Shown piece by piece: positions 1-13,143 of a stretch of DNA of 64,000 nucleotides. How positions within the stretch are numbered: the first letter of the stretch is position 1; the number at the start of each line of letters is the position of its first letter. The stretch lies in the NCBI RefSeq assembly GCF_023055435.1, contig NW_025964334.1, positions 22,506,001-22,570,000 of the forward strand. The letters are read 5' to 3'. The position numbers were made by a program, and so were the translations under genes. The notes beneath the pieces are model-generated. The model saw only the letters and a program-made list of their open reading frames with translations, did not search any database and was not told where the DNA came from. Origin of the DNA: Haliotis rufescens. Taxonomy: Eukaryota.

Positions 1-77
1 ATCAATAACTGGATTCTCTGGTCCAGACTCGATTATTTACAGACCGCCGTCACAAAGCTGGTATATTGCTGAGTGCG
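1..77 (+). mobile_element. 3' fragment of short retroposon family C
   Basis: Reverse complement of the family C body seen at 16738-17001 (ggtccagactcgattatttacagaccgccgtc...atattgctgagtgcg). Confidence 0.8.
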
Positions 78-79
78 AA

Positions 80-612
80 CCAGACGTGGCAGTTAGTCAC
101 CAACATCTTATGGTGTATACTCGAGATGTCGTAGAGAGTCACTAATGTCGTAGTGAATCACAGCATCTTATGGAGTATACTCCACAGATCGTAGTGAGTC
201 ACCAGCATCTTATGGCATATACTACACACATCGCAGTGAGTCACCCACATTTTATGGCGTATACTCCACAGATCGTAGTGAGTCACCCACATTTTATGGT
301 GTATACTCCACCGATCGTAGTGAGTCACCCACATTTTATGGCGTATACTCCACACATCGTAGTGAGTCACACACATTTTATGGTGTATACTCCACAGATC
401 GTAGTGAGTCACCCACATTTTATGGAGTATACTCCAGACGTCGTAGTGATGCAACAACATCTTATGCAGTATACTCCAGACGTCGTAGTGCGCCAACAAC
501 ATCTTATGAAGTATACTCCAGACGCTGTAATGAGTCATCAGCACCTTGAGAAGTATAATCCAGACGTCGAAGTGAGACAGCAACCCCTTATTGAGTATAC
601 ACCAGACGTTGT
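80..612. repeat. 42-bp minisatellite, about 12 copies
   Basis: Unit ~ctccacagatcgtagtgagtcacccacattttatggcgtata; produces the 14-aa periodic ORFs 158..583 and 170..685. Confidence 0.9.
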
Positions 613-1436
613 AGTTGTTGCCCTGTTGCCGTGTGTCCCAGGGTTACATTTGTTTCATGTAGTTGGGCAGCAATGGACGGTATGATTCCACGACAGTCAG
701 TACACTCGAGTGTAAAAACAATAGAATTGTTCATAAACCGTAAAACCAATAGCATCATTCTTCCACTAGAACAAGTTTGCGAATTATGTTTCTTGATTCG
801 TAGATACAGCTGCCTCACTTAACTCATGGATATGATATAATACAAATAGAGCGTCGAGGCAGCAGATATTCCCGGTTCTCTTTCCATCTCACTGTCCCGA
901 CCAATAGCCTAAGGTCCTCTCATTCAGCCTTGTGCATGCTTATCGGAATATCGACATTACGCTTCAGTGTGAACGGAATCTCCTCGAAGAAATATTTTCC
1001 AAATTTGTATTGTTTCGTTAAAGTGACAAAATACATTAAAGTTGTGAAAATGGAATTATAGGCCATTGAAAAAACAAATAAGAAACCTTTTACCGCTTTC
1101 AGTTTGGTGAAAGAACGAGAACCAGCAATATTTGCTATGACAGGAGTGTATTAAGAGCTGTGGCATGGACAGTGTGTTTGCCGATAGGGGAGAGATATGG
1201 TACTGTCTTCTCGTCGTCTTAATGTGTCGGGAACGTTGCGATGTTCAGAGAAATTATTTTACTTTAAACTCAATATAAACGTAGTCTATTCCTTGTTGTT
1301 CTACGTCTACATGTTTGACAAAAACATTGAAAATGAGGATAATTCTGCACCACATATATCCGATATTGAGACAAGCTAAGCCTATTAGCCGTCATCTACA
1401 GATGGACTATTTACCAGGTTCATTTGTTCACACTTA

Positions 1437-1798
1437 GACCGCCTCCGTTGGCTTGTGGTAGAGCGTTTGTCCGGGAAGCGGAAGGTCGGGGGGATTCGAT
1501 CCCCGGTCGCGTCATATCAAAAGACGTTAAAAGATAGTACATGTTGTTCCTCTGTCTGACACTCAGCATTAAGGGGCTAAAACAAGGACAAGTCGGCTCG
1601 GAGTCAGTACACTGTGCCTGAGTGGGGTATTCATGTTAAACTGCGGCATGGTATCTCAGTGGGCTAGCACTATAAACTCGACATTAGTCCGGACTAGTAC
1701 AAACAGCTACACACACACATGTACACACGCATGCACGTCGTTATATAAGTGCAATAATCTTGAACGCAACGTTTAACCCCATTTCACCTCACCTCGCC
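1437..1798 (+). mobile_element. tRNA-derived SINE family A (Meta-domain-like), full length
   Basis: A/B-box-like head, central cgcgtcatatcaaaagacgttaaaagatagtac...ctcagcattaaggg segment, (cacct)n tail, 11-bp TSD ttgttcacact (1424-1434, 1799-1809). Confidence 0.85.
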
Positions 1799-1914
1799 TT
1801 GTTCACACTAACTTGTTTTTTTGTCTGCGATAACCTCAATTTGCCACAGTCCGTCAGCGCTATGTTCCCAGATCGAGTCTCAATTTGGTTATACATGTTT
1901 TTTTTCTGTTCCAG

Positions 1915-1997
1915 GTGATGGCTTTCTTGACACCAAAGAACTCGGGAACTTTCTGGTTTGGATGAGTTCACTCAACGACATGGCAGCACATCCATGA
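1915..1997 (+). CDS. Probable terminal coding exon of an EF-hand calcium-binding protein
   Basis: Strong acceptor tttttttttctgttccag|; phase-1 translation (G)DGFLDTKELGNFLVWMSSLNDMAAHP* matches EF-hand loop positions 4-12 plus the exiting helix; poly(A) signals downstream; upstream exons not identified. Confidence 0.6.
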
Positions 1998-2342
1998 ATC
2001 AGTCTCGCGAGACCTAGTCCAGTTTGCGAGAGTCTCGTCAGCCAGCCATAGCTGAAAAACAGTCCCTAACGATCTCGTTGCGTCAGTCCTCTATAGAAGT
2101 GAACTCTCTCTCAGTCTACAGACTCTAGCGAGTCTAATCATTGCTGGAAAGACTCTATTGTTTATATGGTCCAATCCAAAAACAGCCTGATCAGCCGCTC
2201 GTGACGTCATCCGACTCCATCATTGCCACTGTGATTCACCTGTGATACTGCATAGCCCACGGTTCTCTCCTAAAGAGTTCACTATATCAGTCTGTTCTTT
2301 GTAAATGTGCTATTATTTCTGATTTCAAAACCAACTGCGAGC

Positions 2343-2356
2343 AATAAAGCAATAAA
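2343..2356 (+). promoter_or_regulatory. Tandem polyadenylation signals (AATAAA x2)
   Basis: aataaagcaataaa about 350 bp after the EF-hand exon stop codon. Confidence 0.45.
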
Positions 2357-3120
2357 GCGTAAGCCTATTGTAGAGAAATCGTCATTATGTCGTGGTGTGT
2401 CGGAAGCACCGATACATAATTATCAGATAACGATGAAGTTAATTTGCTATAATGGAACATGCATGTCGCATCTTGGCCTTTGAATATGAATCGGACTTTT
2501 ATGATAATAAATGAATAGAAAATGTTTTATTTTTCTGAAGGGAATAAAAGTCACAAACACTTAGGCGTTTTTCTTCAGTCACTCAACGAAATACTTCATA
2601 ACGTTTGACGTTTTATATTGCGGACTTCATTGATCTGTACGGTAAGCTTTTAAGACACAATAGAAGTTATTATTCACTGTTACCATGTGAACTAGTTGAA
2701 GCTCACACACTATCTGAAAATGGGGTAACGCTTTATTCTGATGTCCTGATAGCAATCTGAAGCCTCCCAAAGGAGACTTTATCAAACTGCATCCGTTGCC
2801 TTGACCGTCCAGACAACTTAAGACCATTGCACCCACACTGTGTTTTGTAATATATTTTATGTTTTTCTATTTCTTTCAACTCTTCTTTTAATTGGCTTTG
2901 GCGTTGAAAAAGAAAAAAAGGAACGAGCAATAAATAAGAGAACATTCTGATAACAGTGATGCGATATCTAGACAGTACTTCATATATTTCAATGTCGGTA
3001 CATACTTTGGAAACAAACCTTTACAAAATTTGTACATCACATCACATCATTATATACCATTTCAATGAAATACAGACAGACCAAATTGTCTATTTTTCAT
3101 CACCCCACTCGTCTTAACCA

Positions 3121-3331
3121 AGGAACCTAAGAAAGTGGGTTCGAATCCCGGTTCGCTCCCATTATGTTTTTCTAATGTCTGTCAGCACCATACCTGTGCT
3201 CGTGGGTTTCAGCGAAGTGGTAAACGTCTAAGACTTTAAGATCACTTAAGGCTTTCCTCCCACATTAAGTTGACACGGCGTGATATAACTAGAATACTGT
3301 TCTAACTGGCGTTAAACCCAACTCACTCACT
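3121..3331 (+). mobile_element. SINE family B, 5'-truncated
   Basis: B-box ggttcgaatccc, body matching the reverse complement of 6874-7157, (actc)n tail. Confidence 0.8.
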
Positions 3332-5711
3332 TAACCCCTTTATTCAGTGAAGGAGCTTACCCATTATTATGATCATTCCTAACAAACCTTAACATAGTCG
3401 TTACTATATGCTATTTTAATTTGTTTCGTAATCGAATGTGGTTTGCAAACAAATATTGATATATTTTCGATCTTCTTCCTAAGAGACCGAATGATTAAAT
3501 ATGGATCAGATTGAACAATACACATTCCCTGATATACAATCTTCTTGTAAAAAACATATATTTATATTTTTTAATATTGTTTCCGATAGATCAAATCAAA
3601 TCAAGATTCCTTGATATAATCACTACGTGCGAACATTATTGATTTTCGATAGACTGTATAATCGATTATGGTTCAAGTTACACTTTAACGGACACACTAA
3701 GGGCGTAAACACGGGGTATTATATCCATATTATTTGGAAGTATAGAAAAATAAAATATTGCATCCTCACAATCTGAGACAGATAATGTTTTTCAGTCGGT
3801 TCTTCAAGACATACAATTGCTTTCTCTGATAGGAGGATCCAGACATATGTTTACCCTTTTCGCGAACACCTGGTGCCATCACTGATTTTCAGTGTTCCTT
3901 TCCTGAACATAATTTCCACAGCTATTTTGCCTTTTACGACCACTTTTAATCTAATCAATATTTAAACCCACAAAAATAATATTTCAGAAAATCGAGCATG
4001 TCGAGTGAACGATTTGTTTTATTAGGTAAAATCTGAGAAAGTATGTTATTTTCGTGTATTCGGGAAGATTAATTGCTTCCAAAAATATCTCCGGCCTCCC
4101 AGAATATCAAATGATTGGCCCTTAGACCACTGGGCCAACCGTGCTCATGCCTGTGAAGACAGAACATCACCATGTCCGACGTCAGTACCTGAGTCGTAAA
4201 ATCTTGAAAGTATCTTATAAATAGATGAATCTGAAGGATTAAGGCAAAATAAAAAAAAAATCATTACCGAAGAATTCTTTTATGTTACAAACCGATGAAG
4301 AGTGTTCAATTACACTGATCGCCCCGGACGGACACTACCAGCCCCAAGCCCTTCATGATGATGGATCGTCTACAACATTGACTTTAACAAATCCCCTACG
4401 GATGTGTAATTATGGAAAAACCGTTACAACAAAATTAATAGTAAAATATTCTATGTGTGCGCATGATTTAATTTAATTTGCAAAATGAAACAGTGCCGTT
4501 ATTCATTCAATTATACATTTATGTATTATTTACAATAGCTCTTAATTATGAACATCAGATAACCACGGTTGAGTTTGGCAGTTTCTGTCAAAAATCAACA
4601 ACTGTGAGTCGATCTGCGGACGAGGCACAACACCTCGGGATCAATAGGATGTTGTTTGTGGATGAAGTGTTGATAAATGCTCGTAACCTTATGCCAATTA
4701 CAATATGTTGCCGTAGCCTGCCACATCCCGTCATTCTAATCACAGAGACTTATTCAAAGATGACACTGGAGTATTCTTTGACACAAGAAACGGTAATGCC
4801 TTGAGTTTTACCACTTCCGTAGGACCTGTGTTACCGGAAACACACACGTCATGTCAATGTAGCTTTAAACGCTCTCGACTGAAGCGACATTAAATCATTG
4901 ATGCCTCTCAGGTTTGCTTGTCTTCTTTTCTCAGACGCATATCGAGGGTACTTGTTTTTTCAAAAACACGTTCCTGTGAGTCATATCTCCAACGGGCTCA
5001 ATACAAAGGTCTTTGAAAAAAGGAAGAAAAAATGTAATTCTGTCAATGTCGAATCAATCCCTTACAATCCGTAGCTTTCTAATATGAATAAAGAGCACAC
5101 AATTGGATCCCGGCGACCTTTAATTAATGTCACTGCCTTGTAAAGATTTCAATCCTCATTATATTGTCATTAATAGTGTATATCGTGTCCGCCATTTGAA
5201 GGATGATTAGAGCATTTGTCAAGAAGTGTCGTGTTTGACTGATACGTAACCAATAAGGTTTAAATCAGATCTCATCCATTCGGGTTTTTATAATCGCGAC
5301 CTTTTCCTTTTTATGGTGACAGCAATTTTTGTATTTGCCATTACAAAAACTCTTGAGGTAATTTATAAATAACATTCAACATTTAAACTGATTAAAGTAG
5401 GAAAAAGAAACATATGTTAAAGTGCATGATCGCATTTAGTTTTGTTTTGTTAGAACGTCATCTTTTTCAATGTATGGTCACATTTACTGCATTGTCACGA
5501 TGGTGTACAAGAATAGAAACTAGTTCAGAATTACGATGCACGTTTATGGTGCGTTATGGTACATTCATTATGCGTTCTCCATCGCTAAAGACCATGTATA
5601 GTCCTAGAATCAACCCTACCGACACTATATTACATATATTGACAATCCACGTGTTTCAAACCATTGATAACTCGATCTATCTCTGATGGTACGGAGGATT
5701 TCGTGTTAACG

Positions 5712-5744
5712 AGTGAGTGAGTATTGTTTTACGCCTTTTTTACG
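5712..5744 (-). mobile_element. 3' tail of SINE family D running into a gap
   Basis: gagtgagtgagtattgttttacgcc resembles the reverse-complemented tail of family D. Confidence 0.5.
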
Positions 5745-5900
5745 NNNNNNNNNNNNNNNNNNNNNNNNNNNNNNNNNNNNNNNNNNNNNNNNNNNNNNNN
5801 NNNNNNNNNNNNNNNNNNNNNNNNNNNNNNNNNNNNNNNNNNNNNNNNNNNNNNNNNNNNNNNNNNNNNNNNNNNNNNNNNNNNNNNNNNNNNNNNNNNN
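5745..5900. other. Assembly gap
   Basis: Run of N. Confidence 1.
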
Positions 5901-6873
5901 ACGCGTCACTAATAATCAGCGATCTGGAGTGCCCACACATTGACGCGGCTTCTCTTTAACATGAGTCAGTCGGAAACGACGAATGTATGAAGCATATACC
6001 TGAATCACAACAGACAGATAGAGCATGAAACAATCTCAGGTTGTTACCAGCAGGATACGTTGTCTTTGATGTATCTAGTCTTATAAATGAAAGTCCTTGT
6101 TAGTCCTTGGAACCCCCGAGGCTGAGACTGACGATGCAGACATGTGGTACCTGAGCCCACCAATCAGAACAACTGACTGTTATCTTGAAACACTAGCTCT
6201 GTTTAATTAATCTCCAGGACACTCAAAACAGCTTTCAATTAAGTCCTTGTATTAATGTTGCCCAGTTACATTTTATTTATATACTTTTTAGACAGAAATC
6301 AAATTGAACCATCTACTCTACTTACTTGACAATTGGAGTTATGTTCGCTGATTAGTCTTGTAAGCGTAAGAAATCAATTGCCTTATCTTAAGAATGACAT
6401 ATTTAAAAGGTCTGTTGATGTTGAATGGTGATACAAATGACCAATCGATAACCGACTTTGAGCTACAGAGAACTACAAATGGTTCTATACATGAAGTTAG
6501 TGTATAGTATTATTTTCTGCAGTTAAATATGTTTTGCACATGTTTTCGTTTATATATTTACTGTGTCGTAATGAGCCAATTCCACCTGAAAATGTAATCT
6601 ATCGACGTGGAACAATTTTGAACGTTATCGATCCTTCCCACAGAAAGAAATAATATCCGGGCACGGAAAATCGGGGTCATGGTGTTGACACAGTCATTCG
6701 TGGCTGATATGATACCAATAACCCTATTTGGTATGTACTTGTATGTGTCTTGCTTCGAATTCTGTCCACAAACACAGTCATATAACACAGAATCATATTT
6801 TTATATACATGCTCATTCTTAACCTATAATAAAACAGGCGTACTACAAATCTTGAAGTGTTTTACATGGCAGA

Positions 6874-7157
6874 GTGAGTGAGTGAGTGAGTTTGGTTTAA
6901 CACCGCTTTTAACAGTATTCCAGTCATATCACGGCGTGTCAGCTTAATGTGGGAGGAAAGCCCGAAGTGATGCAGGTCTCAGACGTTTACCACTTCGGTG
7001 AAACCCACGAGCACGAGTATGGTGCTGACAAACCTAGAAATTTAATGGGAGCGAACCGGGATTCGAATCCACAATCATAGGTTTCTGGCGTACCTAAGGG
7101 ACGCAACTCTGCACAGCGAATCGCGGCGCCTTAGACGACTGGGCCAACTGTGCCCCC
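6874..7157 (-). mobile_element. tRNA-derived SINE family B (V-domain-like), full length
   Basis: 13-bp TSD tttacatggcaga (6861-6873, 7158-7170); A box, B box, gtgggtttc...ggctttcctcccaca segment, (actc)n tail. Confidence 0.9.
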
Positions 7158-8585
7158 TTTACATGGCAGATGTAACATAGAATTCTTTCGGTTTCTAAGC
7201 ACGCATACAATAATACCGAACTCCTTCACTTTTTACTTGAGACAAGTTCATGGTTAAAACGAAATGATATGTATTCAGATAAAACTATCAAATTGTAGCA
7301 AAATAATTCTGTCAAATCTTGATTTCGGTAAATTGGTTATCCTTTTCTAATATAAAATATACACTAGATCGCTGGAAAACATCACAGAAAACATAGTATA
7401 TGCAGAAATCAGGTATTTAACACATTTGTTCATGTGTAGTTATAAAATGTAATCACACATTTAGCACAATGTTGAACTTTTAAAACTGGAAAATCATCCT
7501 GACTATAGGTGACTATATTCTCAGCTGATAATATGCCAAATCCTTCAACGCGGCAAAAATATTAAATTCTCAGAATTTTATCAATCTTTTCATCTACAAA
7601 TCGTTTAATGTATCGCCACAATGGGGCTCTTCGTAACAGATACGTCTCAGTCGTGACAGAGACGGTTTGTTCACGTTTATGTTTCCAGCTGGAAGTGGTG
7701 TATTCCTTGATTGGCATTGCTTAGATGTTGATGGATGACAAAGTAGAAACAATGTAATTAAAGGCTACGTTTCGGTATTTGAAGGATGACAAAGTAGACA
7801 CAATGTAGTTAAAGGCGATGTTTCGGTATAGATCTTAATACCGTTGTAAAGCAAGGCTGAGGTGAGGTGGTTGCCGGTTTTAATGTGTCTCTTCCCTAGT
7901 AGGATGAGGCTGTTGATGGTGTTGATTGAAACGTCTCTATGTAGACGACGGATGCATTGTTTGATATACATTACTTATAAGGGGACGGATGACAAAGTAG
8001 ACACAATTTATGGGTAACAACTTTTCTTTATTTACCAAAAAGCAATGAGTTCTAGAGTTCTAGAATGACCAATTGTCTCAAGAAATGAGCCTACTACCAG
8101 TACAAACAGCCATGGTCTGCGACGTGCATGAATACTATCCATCTACGCTCAGGTGACCATCCCACCTTTCACTACTGAAGTAATATATTTTATGAAGCAA
8201 TTAATGTACAGGGGAACCGGGAAGCGACGGTGGGTCTTCAGCGAAGACGAGCGAACACTACAAGTTCCAGGCTATCTCCACCTCACATCCTGAAAATGAA
8301 GGCGCATTGCCAACGAAATGCAAGTGATTGAATGAGATATCGTGATTATCAACGATATCCGGTAAACCTTTTGACCGACATGTACAAGAAAATCTACGAA
8401 ATAAGGAACCATTAAATGAAAGCTTTTTACAAAAGGCAAAATAAGGCTTACATATAAACATTTAACCTTCTAATTTTCGTTTTGCTTGATGTTTTAGTTT
8501 TTAACAAATTTATTAGACTTTTTGGCATATTTCAAAAACGGTACACATGTATGAGGGAATTTATATCGTGTCAGATTTCATTAAG

Positions 8586-8871
8586 TTAGTGAGTGAGTGA
8601 GTGAGTAGGGTTTAACGCCGCTTTTAACAGTATTACAGGTATATCGCGGCGTGTCAGCTTAATGTGGGGGGAAAGCCCGAAGTGACGCAGGTAGCAGACG
8701 TTTACCACTTCGGTGAAACCCACGAGCACGGGTAAGATGCCGACAAACCTAGAAACATAATCGGGGCGAACCGGGATTCAAAGCCACAGTCATAGGTTTC
8801 TGGCGTATCCAAGGGATGCAACTCTGCACAGCGAATCGCCGCGCCTTAGACGACTGGGCCACCCGTGCCCC
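8586..8871 (-). mobile_element. SINE family B, full length
   Basis: Matches 6874-7157; 14-bp TSD cagatttYattaag with one mismatch (8572-8585, 8872-8885). Confidence 0.9.
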
Positions 8872-9081
8872 CAGATTTTATTAAGAGTTCCTGTTTCTAT
8901 TTCAAAGTTCAAAACTGGGAAGAAATGGCGTAAAGGCACCTTGCAAGTCATACGAGTAAAACCAGTAACGTTTATGACAACAAATAATAAGAAAATGATT
9001 TTAAGCGTTTCCTTAAATGATACGCCATTTCCATTTTGGCAACAAAAAAAGACGCCTGATACGTTGTCCTTCCACAGGCAA

Positions 9082-9368
9082 GACCGCCCCCGTGGTCTAG
9101 TGGTAGAGGGTTCACCTGGAGAGCGGAAGGTCCGAGGCTCGATCCCCGGCCGCGTCACACCAAAAGACGTTAGAAGAGAAGAGGGTACTTGTTGTGAGAC
9201 TGGCTGGCGCTCAGCATTAAGGGGTTAAACAAGAACTGGTCGGCTCAGTGTCCGTTTACTGTGTCTGAGTGGGTATTCGGATGTTAAACTGCGACATGGT
9301 ATCTCAGTGTGTTGGCACAAAACAAATTGGCATTAGCCCAGACACAAGTACAAGCAGCCACACACCCT
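9082..9368 (+). mobile_element. SINE family A, 3'-truncated
   Basis: gaccgcccccgtggtctagtggtagag head and Meta-like central segment. Confidence 0.85.
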
Positions 9369-9580
9369 CCATTGACAAACAGACCGCACCTTTTGGGACA
9401 GGCATATTTTGGGGTGTTTGTTCAACGTTTGAATAGTTTTTCCATATCAATCTTGACTAAAACGACAACAGGTGTGTCCTTTTTTTACCTGATTACCCCT
9501 TCTTGGTAGACAATTCCGTAAGCCGTTCCATTTGCAGTGAGGATGGTAGTCAGGACTGCAAGACAACTTTAAGAGTAACT

Positions 9581-9770
9581 GTTTTAAGGCCCCACTCAGA
9601 GATATTCCATCTTTATGACGGCATCGACTAACATCACGAGCATCGGTCTACGCAATTGCGACAAGAAAACATGCGTGAACCAAATCACCGAGCTTGACCA
9701 GCCGATCCCGTTAGTCGCCTCTCAGGACAAGCATGGGTTGCTGAAGGCCAATTCAAACCCGGAACTTCAT
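9581..9770 (-). mobile_element. Family C element, degenerate
   Basis: ccgatcccgttagtcgcctc...caagcatgggttgctgaagg matches family C. Confidence 0.75.
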
Positions 9771-10624
9771 GACAGGCATTAGATTGCAGGACATGAACTG
9801 TGAAGATGAAATTAGGATAGCTTACAAATGGTGATTCTATATGATAAGAAATTAATAAACTAACTTGCTGACTACAAACCTTTCAAGAGGAGAGTTCATT
9901 TTCGTGACAGTCCACCACAAGAACACACTGAATAACGGTAAACAAAAGGGTAGTCATTGGTGTCACTTGAAACCGTTTCATTACCAAGTAAATCTGTTAA
10001 TATGCACTGCATGCCGCTTGGCCCATAGTTACCGTGGACAGGCCATCACGTATCTGGGTTCCTGCAACATGACGCTTTGCTTAATTAAAGCCTCCGCCTG
10101 TTTGTTCCATGAATAGTTCACAAGGTGTCACTAATTGTAGATAGTATCACAAGGAACATCGAGTACCACAACTAAGATTACAGACCCTAAGTAGCAGTCA
10201 TTGTAGGTTCTCAAGTTAGGAACATGGAGTACCATGATTGCATCCTAGCTTACATACATTTATGTTACCTCAAAGACAAACAACTGTCATCATATTATAT
10301 TGATAACCAAACATGTATAATGATTATGGCGATATGGACTATACGGCTTATAAACGTATACACAACTCGTCAGACCAGGGAAGCTTGGTGCCATTTTCAA
10401 AGGTAAAAAGAAAGGTACAGCTCAACGTTTATCTCCTTTTCAAACTGCATCTGTTGTACCAATGGTTAAAAAAAACACCCCAAACCAAGACATTTAACCA
10501 CAATGTGAGAGCCATGAACAACATAAGAGTTGTTATCTTTATCTAGAGTTTAAAGACTTCAGTCTAAAGTCCTAGACACAAACAAACTTCAATTTTTCAA
10601 GCAAGAGATGCGTTTTGAGTTATG

Positions 10625-10950
10625 TGGTGAAATGCGTCGAAAAGGGGTTTGACGTTGTGCTCAAGATTAATGCACTTACATAGCGACTTGCGTGCATGTG
10701 TGTGGGTGTGGCTGTATGTGCCCGTCCGGACAAATGCCAGTTCTAGACACCATGCCGCAGTTAACCATGAATGCTCCACTCAGACACAAAATAGTGACTC
10801 CAGAACTCGTTTTATATCCTTAAAGTTGAGCTCCAGACTCCAGTATTACTAACAACAGGTTCCATCTTTCAGTATTTTGCCGCCGGTGATCGAACCACCG
10901 ACCTTCCGCTCTCCGGGCAGACGCTCTATCAACTACGCCACGGAGGCGGT
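10625..10950 (-). mobile_element. SINE family A, diverged
   Basis: Ends in ccacggaggcggt (reverse-complemented head); 3' body matches family A. Confidence 0.75.
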
Positions 10951-11153
10951 TTGAGTTATATGATTCTGCAGATTCATAGTATGATAAGTAAGTAAATTAC
11001 ATTTTATAAGTAAACATAATAAGTCCTACTGGTTTATACATGCTGCCTCCAATAAGCATGTCTCGTCCTTAAAACGAAGTGTTCCAATATAACATCACAA
11101 AGTTCCAATTAATACGACTGCGAAATCGGCAACACCGGAAGCGCTCATTAAAT

Positions 11154-11156
<3 letters not shown>

Positions 11157-11198
<42 letters not shown>
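11157..11198. repeat. (CAT)n microsatellite
   Basis: Seen directly. Confidence 0.95.
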
Positions 11199-11201
<3 letters not shown>

Positions 11202-11250
11202 ACTTTTTTTTTTATAAATATATAAATATTTAGTATACTACGTTAAGGTT

Positions 11251-11796
11251 GACACAGTCAATCAACAGATTTGATATACTATTTTATGGTAAACAGTCAA
11301 TCAACAGATTTGATATAATATTTTATGGTAAACACAGTCAATCAACAGATTTGATATAATATTTTATGGTAAACAGTCAATCAACAGATATGATATAATA
11401 TTTTATGGTACACACAGTCAATCAACAGATTTGATTTCATATTTTATTGTACACACAGTCATTCAACAGATTTGATATAATATTTTATGGTAAACAGTCA
11501 ACCAACAGATTTGATATCATATATTATGGTAAACACAGTCAATCAACAGATTTGATATTCTATTTTATGGTAAACACAGTCAATCAACAGATTTGATAAT
11601 AATATTTTATGATACACACAGTCAATCAACAGATTTGATATACTATTTTATAGTAAACACAATCAATCTACAGATTTGATATAATGGTAAACACCGTCAA
11701 TCAACAGATTTGATATAATATTTTATGGTAAACGCAGTCAATAAACACATATGATGTCATATTTTATGGTAGACGCAGTCAATCCACTGATTTGAT
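11251..11796. repeat. ~37-39-bp AT-rich minisatellite, about 14 copies
   Basis: Unit ~acacagtcaatcaacagatttgatataatattttatggta. Confidence 0.9.
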
Positions 11797-12273
11797 AGTT
11801 CTGTCAAAAGTATTACGACAGACGTTATAGCATTCCAAATTTGGTTTACCAGTAGAACAGGTTGCATTATAAATTAACTTTCAGAATTAACAGAATTGAG
11901 ATCCGTCCTTTGGAAATTTAGGAATAATAATTTCTTCGGAGGATCATGGGCAATATCTGTGAACGTCGGGGTATTCGCAGTACCGTCAACCCTTTCCTCT
12001 ATACACATAGCCAATGCACGAGTGTCAGTGGAATGTTCAACGACACACACTACGTTGTTAATGACCGTCCGCCCAAGGATGCATCTGTCAATTTAGTTGA
12101 GATACATGTATGTCACGCGTATAACAAACCGTTATCCACAAATTACTGAAATGAGAAATGTTTCCTGGATTTGTTTGGTTCCATGGCAGTAGCTAGAGAA
12201 GAGTATTGAACCATTTACGCTTTCAAACTTTTCAAATGAGTGTAAAGACTTGATTCGGAAACTTTCGAGTCGA

Positions 12274-12523
12274 GTTGGTTGGTTGGTTGTTTTTTTGTTT
12301 AACGCCGCACTCAGCAATATTCCAGCTGTATGACGGCGGTCTGTATATAATCGAGTCTGGACCAGACAATCCAGTGATGAATGTCATGAGCATCGATCCA
12401 CGCAATTGGTATCAACCAAGTCAGCGAGCCTGACCACCCGATCCCGTTAGTCGCCTCTCACTACAGGCATAGTCGCCTTTAAAGGCAAGCATGGGAAGTT
12501 GAAGACCTATTCTACTCCGGATC
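12274..12523 (-). mobile_element. Family C element (two-motif variant)
   Basis: Matches 16738-17001 with an (aacc)n tail. Confidence 0.85.
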
Positions 12524-12634
12524 ACCCAAACCCACAAACCAGTACTATCAACTTTCGACTTGGACTTTCCTCTTTCCTTCTGGATTCCAAAGTTATGACA
12601 CTTCGACATAACCACTTTCCTGCTGCTTTCTGTA

Positions 12635-13005
12635 GAGAAAAAGCAATAATAATGAATTCTCTGGTCTTGACAGCACCAAATTCCGGAAAACCATTTAAGC
12701 CTGCAATTTGATGCAAGTGACATTGGCGCTGGTGGAGGTTTGTTTCAGGAAGATGCAAACGGCATCGATCAGCCTGCTTTTTACTTTTCAAAGAAATTTG
12801 ACAAGCACCTCTTTAAAATGGGAGCTCGAGGAAACGCATGCTTTTTGTCAAGTATCACATGAAGTGTTCACTGATCACAATCAAATGACTTTACTTCATG
12901 AGATTATAAACACAGATCAAAGATGGATGAGGTGGAGTTTTCCTCTGCAAGGGGTTGGTATTGAGATCAGCCATGTATAGCTCAAGACAACGTGATCGCG
13001 GATTA
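12635..13005 (+). pseudogene. Ty3/Gypsy pol relic (RT connection and RNase H)
   Basis: Across frameshifts reads KAIIMNSLVLTAPNSGKPFKPAI/DASDIGAGGGLFQEDANGIDQPAFYFSKKFDKH...VFTDHNQMTLLHEIINTDQRWMRWSFPLQ...KDNVIAD, i.e. the Gypsy RNase H motifs DAS, TDH, RW and N-x-x-AD. Confidence 0.8.
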
Positions 13006-13143
13006 GAGGAACGCACAAATTCAATTTTGCTAATTATCCAGGTACAATGCACCATGCACTTTATGAAATTTAATTGATTGTCGTAGGCACACCGTCTCCT
13101 TGATGTTGTCTATTCTAAAGTTTCCAACTATCATTCTTCTCTT

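Noticed and set aside
631-679. Possible upstream exon (...AAMD G|gtatga) for the EF-hand exon
   Set aside because: Phase fits, but EF-loop position 1 would be Ala rather than Asp and no convincing acceptor or entering helix is seen.
158-685. His/Val-rich 14-aa repeat ORFs on both strands
   Set aside because: They coincide with the 42-bp minisatellite, with no independent coding evidence.
5706-5959. ORFs spanning N runs (also 28823-29023 and 37338-37654)
   Set aside because: Gap artefacts.
11930-12106. Open frame ending at a good donor (ATACAT|gtatgt)
   Set aside because: No recognisable domain, no clean acceptor and no partner exons.
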